64,000 bases of DNA from a virus: IMG/VR virus record IMGVR_UViG_3300028591_000199, positions 4,163-68,162 of that record; one strand, 5' to 3'. Both the position numbers and the translations under genes were made by a program. The first letter of the stretch is position 1. Every line of letters starts with the position of its first letter. This document shows, in pieces, positions 10,207 to 19,642 of this stretch. Below the pieces are notes generated by a model, which was given only the letters and a program-made list of their open reading frames with translations, was not told where the DNA came from and searched no databases.

Positions 10207-11096
10207 ATTTTAATAGCGTCGGCGGCACTGCACTCAAAGTTGGGTCTGTAAAAGTTTCAACTATTAATCTCGCGCGCCTTGCATTACAGTATTCTTCTGA
10301 GCAAGACTACTTAGTTGCTTTGCGTGACCTTGTAGAATTAGATTGCAAAGTACTAGATGTAGTTCGTCATATTATTCAGCGCAATGTAGAAAAAGGATTA
10401 TTGCCTAACTTTACAAAAGGGCTAGTAGATTTTGAGCATCTTTATAATACAGTTGGTATTATAGGTGTTTATGAAACAATGAAAGCATTTGGCTATACTC
10501 GTATTGATGAGTTCGGCAACACTTTCTATACAATAGACGCAGACCGTTTTGGGAAAAAGATTTTTGAAGTAATCCATCGTACCAAAGACCAATTTGCACT
10601 TGATAAAAATTATAAGATAAATCTTGAACAAATTCCAGGTGAGACCGCTGCAGTCAAAATGCAACAAGCAGACGAATATTTATATCCCGAAACAGTTGTA
10701 AAAGATTTACCACTTTATGGCAATCAATTTATACCTCTTGGAATTAAGACTACGCTTCAAGAACGTATTCGTATTGCTAGTTTATTCGACTCTTATTGTA
10801 ATGGCGGTTCGATTGCACATATAAATATTGATGCGCCATTTGATTCATTTGATAAAGCCTGGAACTTAACAAAATATATTGCAGATCAAGGTCTAACTTA
10901 TTTTGCGTTTAATACAAAAATACAGACTTGCGCTAAGAACCATGCATTTTATGGGAAAAAATGTCCTGTTTGCGGTGGAGATGTAGCAACTGAATACACT
11001 CGTATTGTTGGTTTCTATACTCCTATTAAAACATGGTCAGCGCAGCGTAAAGCAGAATATAAACTTAGAGAATGGGAGAATATAAATGGAGAATAA
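10207..11096 (+). CDS. nrdD: anaerobic ribonucleotide reductase, exon 2
   Basis: FNSVGGTALKVGSVKVSTINLARLA, EQIPGE, GGSIAH, CPVCG, glycyl-radical loop TRIVGFY. Confidence 0.9.
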
Positions 11097-11298
11097 TACA
11101 CCTATTTTAGATGAACCTCATATTCCATTACATGTATTGCGTCGCGCAATTAAACAACTAGAAGATCAAGATGATAATACCCCTTTAAGTTTTACATTTA
11201 TAATGACTCTTTGTTTTCCAACTGTAGCCGATAATATTCGTACTTGGGGCAAAGATTGTTACACTGCTGGATTTATTGACGGAATGAAACAAAAATGA
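11086..11298 (+). CDS. hypothetical protein
   Basis: Overlapping ORF within the nrd operon, GGGAG SD. Confidence 0.6.
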   Translation: MENNTPILDEPHIPLHVLRRAIKQLEDQDDNTPLSFTFIMTLCFPTVADNIRTWGKDCYTAGFIDGMKQK

Positions 11299-11831
11299 TA
11301 GTAAAAGATGTTAACTTTGAAGATTTAGTTAATTATAAAGAGCCTTCTATGTTTATAGCTTTTCCACATTGTACCTTTAAATGTGATAAAGAGAATGGTT
11401 GTGAATTGTGTCAAAATAGCAAATTAGTTTTAGAACCTGATATTGTAATAGATAAAACTCAATTAATTGAGTATTATATGAAAAATTCTTTAACAAAAGC
11501 TATTGTATGCGGCGGATTGGAACCATTTGATAGTGAATTAGATTTATTACCGTTAATTGATACACTTCGGCGCCAGTATAAATGTAATGATCCGATTATT
11601 ATCTATACTGGTTATACTGAAGAAGAACTAGACAATGGTTTGTTTGGTCATTCACAGCCGGCGCAACAAAAGGTTTATTGGGAAGCTATTAAAGCATATC
11701 CTAATATAATTGTAAAATTTGGTCGTTTTAAACCGAATCAAAAGCCTCATTTTGATCCAGTTTTAGGCGTTAATTTAGCATCTGATAATCAATATGCAAA
11801 AGAGGTTGGAACTGATGGTACGTATGCATAA
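11295..11831 (+). CDS. nrdG: anaerobic RNR activase (radical SAM)
   Basis: CTFKC-x5-CELCQN Cys cluster, GGLEP, IYTGY, GRF, LASDNQ; follows nrdD. Confidence 0.8.
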   Translation: MIVKDVNFEDLVNYKEPSMFIAFPHCTFKCDKENGCELCQNSKLVLEPDIVIDKTQLIEYYMKNSLTKAIVCGGLEPFDSELDLLPLIDTLRRQYKCNDPIIIYTGYTEEELDNGLFGHSQPAQQKVYWEAIKAYPNIIVKFGRFKPNQKPHFDPVLGVNLASDNQYAKEVGTDGTYA

Positions 11832-12315
11832 AAATCCTAGTGATGAAAAATATGAAACTATTGCTAAAGCAATTAATGAAAATGACGGATATTGTATATG
11901 TTCTATAAATCATGCGCCAGAAACTAGATGCCCTTGTCAAGCTTTTCTGTTACAAGATAAATCTGGTTTCTGTCACTGTGGTAGATACTATAAAGTATAT
12001 GACGCACCAGTAGTTACTTTGTGTGGTAGTACAAGATTTAAAGAAGAATTTGAAATGTTAAATGAGCAATTAACTAAACGAGGATGTATTGTATTTTCTT
12101 GTGGCATTTTTGCTCATAGCGATGATATTTCACTTACTGATAAAGAAAAAGAGTTACTTGATGAAATTCATAAAAAGAAAATTGAAATGTCTGATATCAT
12201 CTATGTAGTTAATAAAGATGGATATATTGGCTCTTCAACTCAGTCAGAAATTGAATGGGCGCGGGAACTTGGTAAGCAAATTATTTATTTAGAGAATAAA
12301 GGAGAAAATGAATGA
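11815..12315 (+). CDS. fusion of ferredoxin:thioredoxin reductase catalytic domain and NDT/DUF4406-like domain
   Basis: GYCIC...CPC...CHCG in the N-terminus; VTLCGSTRF...SDIIYVVN..GYIGSST..EIEWARELGK in the C-terminus. Confidence 0.7.
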   Translation: MVRMHKNPSDEKYETIAKAINENDGYCICSINHAPETRCPCQAFLLQDKSGFCHCGRYYKVYDAPVVTLCGSTRFKEEFEMLNEQLTKRGCIVFSCGIFAHSDDISLTDKEKELLDEIHKKKIEMSDIIYVVNKDGYIGSSTQSEIEWARELGKQIIYLENKGENE

Positions 12316-12887
12316 AAGCATATCTCGCAGGTGGAATCTTTTGTTATGGAGACTTTTTAAGGAATACAGAATGGGCTTCTAAGTTGCGCGCGGCATTCCC
12401 CGAGATGGAATTATACAGCCCTATTGAAAATACGGACATAAATGGTACTGAAGGGAAAAAGAAGTTTGCAGGATCACAACTTATAGCAAATGGTGATAAC
12501 GCACGTTTAAATTATACTGATGTTTTAATCGCTTGCATTGACGGGGACGTTATTCCTGCTGGCACAGCCGCAGAAATTGGTAAATTTCACGAAAAAATTG
12601 AGCGTGGAGACCATAAATTAATTGTTGGTATTTGTACTGACAACCGTCAATGCCATCTAACACATAGCCAAGCCAAAGATGAGGGTGGTGCTGCCGCGCC
12701 AGGTGAGCAACAATACTCATATCATAATCTTTATGTTACTGGATTAATTAAACAAGGCGGTACACTTGTGGATAATATTGATGATGCTATTTGCGCGATC
12801 CGAGTATGGTTTGAAGCTAATCGTGGTTATTTAGCAGGTAAAGCCTTACGACGAGTTATGGGCAAATTGCAAGAAGAAAATAATTAA
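12312..12887 (+). CDS. nucleoside 2-deoxyribosyltransferase-family protein
   Basis: KAYLAG, YSP, D..L..TD, GTAAEIG, NLYV. Confidence 0.75.
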   Translation: MKAYLAGGIFCYGDFLRNTEWASKLRAAFPEMELYSPIENTDINGTEGKKKFAGSQLIANGDNARLNYTDVLIACIDGDVIPAGTAAEIGKFHEKIERGDHKLIVGICTDNRQCHLTHSQAKDEGGAAAPGEQQYSYHNLYVTGLIKQGGTLVDNIDDAICAIRVWFEANRGYLAGKALRRVMGKLQEENN

Positions 12888-12902
12888 GGAATGGATTAAT
12901 AA

Positions 12903-14183
12903 ATGAAAAATTTAATATATGATATTTCTGATATACCACGCCCTTGGTATAAATGTTTAATTTATGCAATTCAGCAAGTTTTAGCAGTTTTTGTTGCAAC
13001 TGTGCTAATTGCTTCAATTTGTGGCACTCCGATTAGTTCTTGCTTATTCGGCGCCGGACTTGCCACAATTATTTACCAACTTATTACAAAGTTTAAGTCT
13101 CCAATGTTTATTTCAAGTTGCGGCGCGACAGTATCTGCCGTCATTGGCGCATTAACAATCGGAGAAACTCGCAATTACTTTTTAGTGGTAATTGGAGGTT
13201 TAGTAATATTTGCAATTTATGCAATACTTGCTGGATTAGTCAAATGGCGTGGGATTAATGTAATAAATAAAATTTTCCCACCTGTTATTGTTGGTTCAAT
13301 TACACTTGTTATTGGTATTAATCTTGCGGGTTTTATACCTACATATGTACAAGTTCAAGGGGAACATAGTAATATTGGATTAATCGTTGCACTTATTACA
13401 ATGTTAGCAGTTGCAATTACTTCTCATTATTTTAAAGGATTTTGGAAAACTATTCCTTTCTTGTTTGGTCTTGTCATAGGATATATCATCTCCATTGTCC
13501 TAACAGTGACAGGAGCCGCGCAACTTGTAGACTTTAGTGTATTTAAGAATATGTCAATAATTTCAATGCCAGAGTGGACATTTGCCTACTGGTCATTCAA
13601 AACTATTACAATCACACAAATACTTGAAGTTATTGCATTGTTTGCACCAGTTGCCCTATGCTCAGCACTGGAACACTACTCTGATCATCAGGTTTTGTCA
13701 AACATTATTGGTACAAATCTTATTAAAACACCGGGATTGCATCGTACTCTACTTGGTGATGGAACTGCATCCCTTGCGGGCACGATAGTGTGCGGGCTGC
13801 CTAATACAAGTTATGGTGAATCTATTGCGACAGTTGGATTTTCACAAGTCGCATCGACTCTTGTCCTTACTGTCGCGGCAGGTATAATGATTGTACTTTC
13901 ATTCATTACTCCCGTCCAAGCTATTCTTGCCTCTATACCATCTTGCGTTTTTGGCGGATGCGCGATGATTTTATATGGTTATATAGCAGCTAGCGGTTTA
14001 AAAACACTTATTAATTCAAAAACAGATTTTAACGACAATAAAAATCTTGTTGTCGCAAGTGTTATTCTTACAGTTGGTGTAAGCGGTATTTGGCTTTTCA
14101 ATGAAGCCATTACTGGAGTTGCACTCGCAATGATATTGGGTGTAGTATTAAACTTAATATTGAGAAAAAAGGAAAAAACTTGA
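12903..14183 (+). CDS. uracil/xanthine permease (NCS2, UraA/PyrP-like)
   Basis: Multi-TM protein; QQVLAVF, FPPVIVG, LEH, RTLLGDG, PNTSYGES signature, PSCVFGG. Confidence 0.88.
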   Translation: MKNLIYDISDIPRPWYKCLIYAIQQVLAVFVATVLIASICGTPISSCLFGAGLATIIYQLITKFKSPMFISSCGATVSAVIGALTIGETRNYFLVVIGGLVIFAIYAILAGLVKWRGINVINKIFPPVIVGSITLVIGINLAGFIPTYVQVQGEHSNIGLIVALITMLAVAITSHYFKGFWKTIPFLFGLVIGYIISIVLTVTGAAQLVDFSVFKNMSIISMPEWTFAYWSFKTITITQILEVIALFAPVALCSALEHYSDHQVLSNIIGTNLIKTPGLHRTLLGDGTASLAGTIVCGLPNTSYGESIATVGFSQVASTLVLTVAAGIMIVLSFITPVQAILASIPSCVFGGCAMILYGYIAASGLKTLINSKTDFNDNKNLVVASVILTVGVSGIWLFNEAITGVALAMILGVVLNLILRKKEKT

Positions 14184-14208
14184 TTTCTTCCTCATTTTTT
14201 GATATAAT
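14180..14208 (+). promoter_or_regulatory. sigma-A-type promoter
   Basis: TTGATT-17 bp-TGaTATAAT. Confidence 0.7.
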
Positions 14209-14241
14209 AAATTTAGAAAAAATGAGAATATGAGGTAAATA

Positions 14242-14463
14242 ATGAGATTAATTGAAACAATACAAAAATATGTAGTTGACAGTGAAGATGCCGCGCGCAG
14301 CCTTATTGAAGAATTTCGTGAAGACGCGCGCAAGAAAGGCTATCGCATTAAAAAAGCCAGTTATGAATATAAGACTAAAAAGTCAAAAGGAGAGATTATT
14401 GCCGAAGCGTGGGTAGTATCTGTCAACCAGATTCATGGCTCGCTTTGGGAGGAACTTGAGTAA
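14242..14463 (+). CDS. hypothetical protein
   Basis: ORF with GAGGT SD downstream of a promoter. Confidence 0.7.
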   Translation: MRLIETIQKYVVDSEDAARSLIEEFREDARKKGYRIKKASYEYKTKKSKGEIIAEAWVVSVNQIHGSLWEELE

Positions 14464-15350
14464 TGCCAGAAGCACTAACTAAAGGACAAGTTGAAGAAAT
14501 AAAAAACCAATTAGGCGATATAGTCCAAACTAATGATAATAGTGAAGATTATATGGAAATGCTTTTAAAGCTTTTATCTTTACCAGATGAACAATTTGAA
14601 GTACTCGCGCCAGGCGTTTTACAATCATATGAGCAAAGCGTAAACAATCCAGTTGATAAAATTGCGCTTGTTCAAGCTTTAAATGCTGCGGGTTCAAAAG
14701 CAGAAGACATAATGCAAAATTTTGATAGCATTATGGAAAGCATTGATAAAATTTCTTTATCGCGCGCAAAGAGAGATTTCCTTAAACAAATTATTTCAAC
14801 TATGGCTAATGCGATTAATGACACTGAAGGTATCAGTAAGCGTCTAGTCCCAGTAGCAATAGAACTTTGTAATGAAGAGGCAAAGATACCTCAATATGCA
14901 CATATTACTGATAGCGGTGTAGATGTATATGCTATAGAAGATATAGTTATACATCCAGGTGAGACAAAACAAGTACCAGTTGGTTTTAAAGTCGCGCTTC
15001 CTGTGGGTTTTGAACTTCAAGTCAGACCCAAAAGCGGGCGCTCTATGAGATCAAAACTACGTATTGCTAATACACCTGGTACTATAGATCAAGGATATCG
15101 TGATGAAGTATGTATTCTCTTAGAGAATATCGAAGCTCCAATTAAAGATATACATTATATATTTAATGATGATGGACATCCTATAATTACTGCAATCGAT
15201 CATGGTTCTGATATTACGATTGATAAAGGTGAAAAAATTTGTCAATTAGTTCTCGCAGAAAGCCCTAAAATTGCCTGGTATCGAGTCGATAAAGTAGAAG
15301 AAATTGGAGAAAATCGTGGAGGCGGCTTTGGCAGTACCGGCTTAAAATAA
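14463..15350 (+). CDS. dut: trimeric dUTPase with ~125-aa N-terminal extension
   Basis: SGVD, RPKSG, GTIDQGYR, KICQLV, RGGGFGSTG motifs. Confidence 0.9.
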   Translation: MPEALTKGQVEEIKNQLGDIVQTNDNSEDYMEMLLKLLSLPDEQFEVLAPGVLQSYEQSVNNPVDKIALVQALNAAGSKAEDIMQNFDSIMESIDKISLSRAKRDFLKQIISTMANAINDTEGISKRLVPVAIELCNEEAKIPQYAHITDSGVDVYAIEDIVIHPGETKQVPVGFKVALPVGFELQVRPKSGRSMRSKLRIANTPGTIDQGYRDEVCILLENIEAPIKDIHYIFNDDGHPIITAIDHGSDITIDKGEKICQLVLAESPKIAWYRVDKVEEIGENRGGGFGSTGLK

Positions 15351-16069
15351 TGTCTTCTATTACGTTAGAATCAATCCAAGCCGAATTAGCAGATTCAGGC
15401 TGGATTGTAGTCTCACCAACATATACAAATTTAAAGACAGAAATGACCTTCCAATGTGAGGAAGGTCATAACGTCTATGCTACTTGGGCGCAAATACGTC
15501 AGAAACGAGTATGCCCCATATGCGCGCGCAATCAATTAAAAAATCCCAATACAGAGCCACATCATAAAGCAAAAGGTACAACTCGTATTTTAGCACTTGA
15601 CCAAGCAAGCCATATTTCTGGTTGGTCTATTTATGATAATAAAAAATTAGTAACTTATGGTACTTTTGAAGCGGTCGGCGCCACGGAAGCAGAGCGTATG
15701 CACAGTGTTAATGAGTGGTTTGAATCAATGATTCAAAATTGGAATCCAGATGTCGTAGGTATTGAAGGAATACAGTACCAAGCACAATTTGGCGTAACAA
15801 CTTTCCAAACACTCGCGCGCCTTCAAGGAATTTTGATGGAGACTTGTATGCAAAAGAAACTTAAATATAAGATTTGTCCTACAAATACATGGCGCGCCCA
15901 CTGTGGTGTAAAAGGACAGTCACGCGCAGACAAGAAAGCATCTATGAAATTGTTAGTAAAGAAATGGTATGATATTCAAGTCAGCGATGATTGCGCTGAT
16001 GCTGTTGGTATTGGAAAGTATTTATCAGAAACATTTGCACCACAAATTACAATCGTAAATTGGGAATAA
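15350..16069 (+). CDS. RuvC-like Holliday junction resolvase with N-terminal Zn-ribbon
   Basis: C..GH..CPIC; ILALDQ, GIEG, DDCADAVGIG. Confidence 0.78.
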   Translation: MSSITLESIQAELADSGWIVVSPTYTNLKTEMTFQCEEGHNVYATWAQIRQKRVCPICARNQLKNPNTEPHHKAKGTTRILALDQASHISGWSIYDNKKLVTYGTFEAVGATEAERMHSVNEWFESMIQNWNPDVVGIEGIQYQAQFGVTTFQTLARLQGILMETCMQKKLKYKICPTNTWRAHCGVKGQSRADKKASMKLLVKKWYDIQVSDDCADAVGIGKYLSETFAPQITIVNWE

Positions 16070-16072
16070 ATA

Positions 16073-16098
16073 AAAACACCTCATTTCAGAGGTGTTTT
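16073..16098. terminator. bidirectional terminator between convergent modules
   Basis: AAAACACCTC-ATTTCA-GAGGTGTTTT with A/T runs on both sides. Confidence 0.8.
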
Positions 16099-16122
16099 CT
16101 TTTATTAATAATTATTTATGTT

Positions 16123-19100
16123 TTAATAATGACGTATAAATGATTTTTTACTAACTCCATTGATATCAGTATAAGTTCGCGTAGGAGCATATTCGCCTTC
16201 TTTGTATTGTAATGCTTGTACCGATGCGGCGATACGATGGAATAAATCTTCAAATTGGGTATGATAATTTTGTACTTTAAAACTATCTTTCGATGGATCG
16301 TCAAAATTATAGGTACATTCAGAAATAATTACTTTTTCTTTATAAGGCGTTTTTATTCCTTTAGTCCAAATATATCCAAATAAATCAGGATCTTGAATAT
16401 AACAAATATCTCCTAAATGAAAAATTCGTCCATTGTAATCGCTTATTGTTTCTACTCGTACAACAGAAATATTATATGTTACACGCGGCAAAGCAGAAGT
16501 ATAAGCGACATCAACTGCAGCCATATAATATTCATTATTATCTATATATTTAGTACTAGACCAAGTGCCTTCTTTTAAAAATGGAGCATATTTATAATAA
16601 AATGCTTCATTCAGAGCATTTTCTTTTACTAAAATTTTCTCTTGCTCCTCAACCATAGGAGCTATTTTTGCATTTAATATATCAACTTGTTCTTGGATAT
16701 TAGATATATTATCTAAATATTTAATAAGATCCTGCTGGGCTTGCTGAATTGTTATTGCCCTCGCGCGCAGGGTGTCTGTGCTTGAGGCAATCGCTGTAGA
16801 GATCGCTTCACTCAAAGTAGATTTGTTAGTGGCTTGCATCAAAAAATCACTAGAAGTGTTAATTTCTTCTATTGTAGCATCATATGCTTTTTGTTGCACT
16901 GCTAGTAAACTTTCATGCCGTGTTAAGAAAGTGTTATTTTCAATAATTTGGTTGCTTAATTCATCATAACGTATATTTAATTTGTTTAAACGGGATAAAT
17001 ACGCTAAATTAGTCGTCCCAAAAAATAAATCATCATAAATATAGATATTAGGATCTTCTCCATATAAATCATTATTTACATTTGTTTTATCTAATAAACC
17101 TTGACGAATAAAATAAGTAAAATCTAAAATATAACTTTCACGAGAATAATTTAAAGCACTATTTGCAATTGTGCACATACCATTAATGCCTAAATCATTA
17201 ACATAAGGTATTACAATAGTTTTTGTTGTAATAGAATCTGAATTAGTAGTTCGCTGTATGCTTTTTAGGTCAATACTGTAAGTAAAAGCTAAACCATTAT
17301 CTTCACCAATTACTTTTTTAACACGAATATATTTTTCTGGCTGATTGGTTTCATAATTATATACTAAAAAACCGCTAATTGTATGTGGAATATATAATTG
17401 AACCCAACATTGAAAAGATTCTGCCAATGTTTGAAGTATATTAAAACGATTCGATTGTTTTATATTTACATTACAAACCTTTTCGAAATTAGTATAATAT
17501 TGAGGTTTAAATACATTTTCGGGCTCAGGATCGAGGGATATTTTAATATATTTTAAATCTGCGGGATCTGTTAAATTTTTTGCATCATTTGTATAATAAT
17601 ATTTATAGACTGGTTGAACAATTGTATTAGTATTGGAAAAATCATAAGGATAAACAGGATTTACTCCATCTATTGTAGTATAATCAAAAAATTCAATTTT
17701 GGGAATCATTAAATATAATTCACCTGAGTTTCGATTCGCCGGACACCACAAAATAATACCAATCTTTTCTTTTGCGCGTTGTGCTTTTGTAAAAGATTTA
17801 TTACATTTAAAGTACCACTCATAAATATCACTATTATTGCTATATTTAGGAACCACTACAGATTGATAATTTTTAGAACCGCTTGTTATTATATCTGTAC
17901 GCGCCCACCCATTATTCCAAGTATAAACTTCACAATAGTCATCTTTCAAAAAGCCAGTATCTACATAAATTTGTGTTGAATCTGTAGAAATATCGCTAAT
18001 TTCAAATGAGTCAGTCGTACCAAATCTATTTCCTTTTATTATACCATTTTTAATATAATAATATTTTGAATTTTCTTCAATCCCAAAATTATTTCTTAAT
18101 TGAGTACTAGATGCTCCCTTAAGCATACTATAAGTATATTTGGTATTATAAGGATAAATGTAAGTATTAGTACCACTCTGCTGTGATTGTAAATAAGTAG
18201 TAATACGCGGTGTAAAAGGTGCTTCTAATTTACCTGTTGGAGAGAAATGCGACCATGCTGTATAACTATCATTTCCATACCCGCATTGCGCGCGCATCCA
18301 AAATTCTTTACCTGGCTGTAATCCATCTTCAAGTAAAGTTAAATTATTACTTAATCCACTATTGACTACTGTATTGATTGCAGTAGCACTAGGAATTTGA
18401 TAGACTAGCTTGTTATTAATGGTATTAATTCCAGAATCTTCAGTACCACCAGCCCCATTACGTCCTTTTAGTCTTAAATAATTTGTAAAATTAGGATCTT
18501 CAAAAATTAATTTCGTTGAAGTTAATCCACCACTCCATCCTTGTAGGTTACTAAAGGTATTTCCATTTACAATATAATCTTGAATAATAGTAACATCATT
18601 ATATAAAGTTGTTTGATAGCCACTAATTGGTTGCCCATCTGTATATTCATTTACATAACGCCCTAATACTGGCTCATAATGGCTTTTTTGTCCTTGAACT
18701 AGGCGTCGCGCGAAAAATGTAGGTGTTGCAAGAGAGTCTAAATCAAATGTAAAATAAGTAGTATTATTATATTGAAAAGTAATAATATTATTATTAACTT
18801 CCCAATCTATAGGAATGATAATAGAAGGAGTAATATTATCTTGAAAGTGATAAATGTTTCCATCTACCCATTCATTCTTACTTAAATCTTGATATCCATT
18901 ATTACAAACTAAAAATTGTATGCGTGTAGTACCTGTATTGGTATATTCTTGCACAATATTAGTCTTATAATATCCACATTTAAGCCCTATATCATATAAT
19001 TGTGAATAAAATAAATAAATAATATCTCCACTAGAAAGCGATTGATTTTGACTATTAGTACGTTCTTCATATAATAACTCATTTATATTATTATTTAACG

Positions 19101-19629
19101 TAGTCTCATATACTGCTTCGCGCACATCCTGTTGTATTAAATCAGAATTAGCTTCATCATATTGCCAATCAGTACCTTTTAACACAACTGAAATTAGTTC
19201 ATCAATTGTGCCACTACCATTCTGCAATTCATTGTCTAAAATAATATGATAACCAGAACGACTTAATTCTTGCACAAAACGATCTTTACAAGTAATATTA
19301 TAAATTTTCTTGCTACTATCTACATTTACATCTTTAATAATAAATTCATACCAATCATTGCGCCAATAACACTTGACTATTTGTTCTGGAATCATATAAC
19401 TAATCCAAGGATTTTGCATTATAGTATTACTAATAGGATCGGAATAATTATAAGCGATTGAAAAATTAAGAGTTTTCTCGCCATTAATTTTCATATTTAA
19501 TTTTATATTAAAGGCATGACAAGGGTCTATTAAAGTATTAGACCCTATAATGCCAATTTTTTCTTCTGAAAAAGGAGAAGCAGTATTTTGAAGAACAATA
19601 CGCCACAAACTGAGTTCATATTTTTCCAT
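16123..19629 (-). CDS. tail tip / Tal-like minor structural protein with large insertion and coiled coil
   Basis: Follows Dit; NGEKTLNFSI, EFIIKDV, LKGTDW, SNRFNILQTLAE-F, LKSIQR, LGD C-terminal motifs typical of siphophage tail proteins. Confidence 0.65.
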   Translation of the reverse strand: MEKYELSLWRIVLQNTASPFSEEKIGIIGSNTLIDPCHAFNIKLNMKINGEKTLNFSIAYNYSDPISNTIMQNPWISYMIPEQIVKCYWRNDWYEFIIKDVNVDSSKKIYNITCKDRFVQELSRSGYHIILDNELQNGSGTIDELISVVLKGTDWQYDEANSDLIQQDVREAVYETTLNNNINELLYEERTNSQNQSLSSGDIIYLFYSQLYDIGLKCGYYKTNIVQEYTNTGTTRIQFLVCNNGYQDLSKNEWVDGNIYHFQDNITPSIIIPIDWEVNNNIITFQYNNTTYFTFDLDSLATPTFFARRLVQGQKSHYEPVLGRYVNEYTDGQPISGYQTTLYNDVTIIQDYIVNGNTFSNLQGWSGGLTSTKLIFEDPNFTNYLRLKGRNGAGGTEDSGINTINNKLVYQIPSATAINTVVNSGLSNNLTLLEDGLQPGKEFWMRAQCGYGNDSYTAWSHFSPTGKLEAPFTPRITTYLQSQQSGTNTYIYPYNTKYTYSMLKGASSTQLRNNFGIEENSKYYYIKNGIIKGNRFGTTDSFEISDISTDSTQIYVDTGFLKDDYCEVYTWNNGWARTDIITSGSKNYQSVVVPKYSNNSDIYEWYFKCNKSFTKAQRAKEKIGIILWCPANRNSGELYLMIPKIEFFDYTTIDGVNPVYPYDFSNTNTIVQPVYKYYYTNDAKNLTDPADLKYIKISLDPEPENVFKPQYYTNFEKVCNVNIKQSNRFNILQTLAESFQCWVQLYIPHTISGFLVYNYETNQPEKYIRVKKVIGEDNGLAFTYSIDLKSIQRTTNSDSITTKTIVIPYVNDLGINGMCTIANSALNYSRESYILDFTYFIRQGLLDKTNVNNDLYGEDPNIYIYDDLFFGTTNLAYLSRLNKLNIRYDELSNQIIENNTFLTRHESLLAVQQKAYDATIEEINTSSDFLMQATNKSTLSEAISTAIASSTDTLRARAITIQQAQQDLIKYLDNISNIQEQVDILNAKIAPMVEEQEKILVKENALNEAFYYKYAPFLKEGTWSSTKYIDNNEYYMAAVDVAYTSALPRVTYNISVVRVETISDYNGRIFHLGDICYIQDPDLFGYIWTKGIKTPYKEKVIISECTYNFDDPSKDSFKVQNYHTQFEDLFHRIAASVQALQYKEGEYAPTRTYTDINGVSKKSFIRHY

Positions 19630-19642
19630 TAAATCTTCTCCT

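Noticed and set aside
9279-10320. nrdD as a pseudogene, two separate genes, or stop-codon recoding
   Set aside because: Fully explained by a group I intron. Genes elsewhere are intact in the standard code and end in TAA, TAG or TGA.
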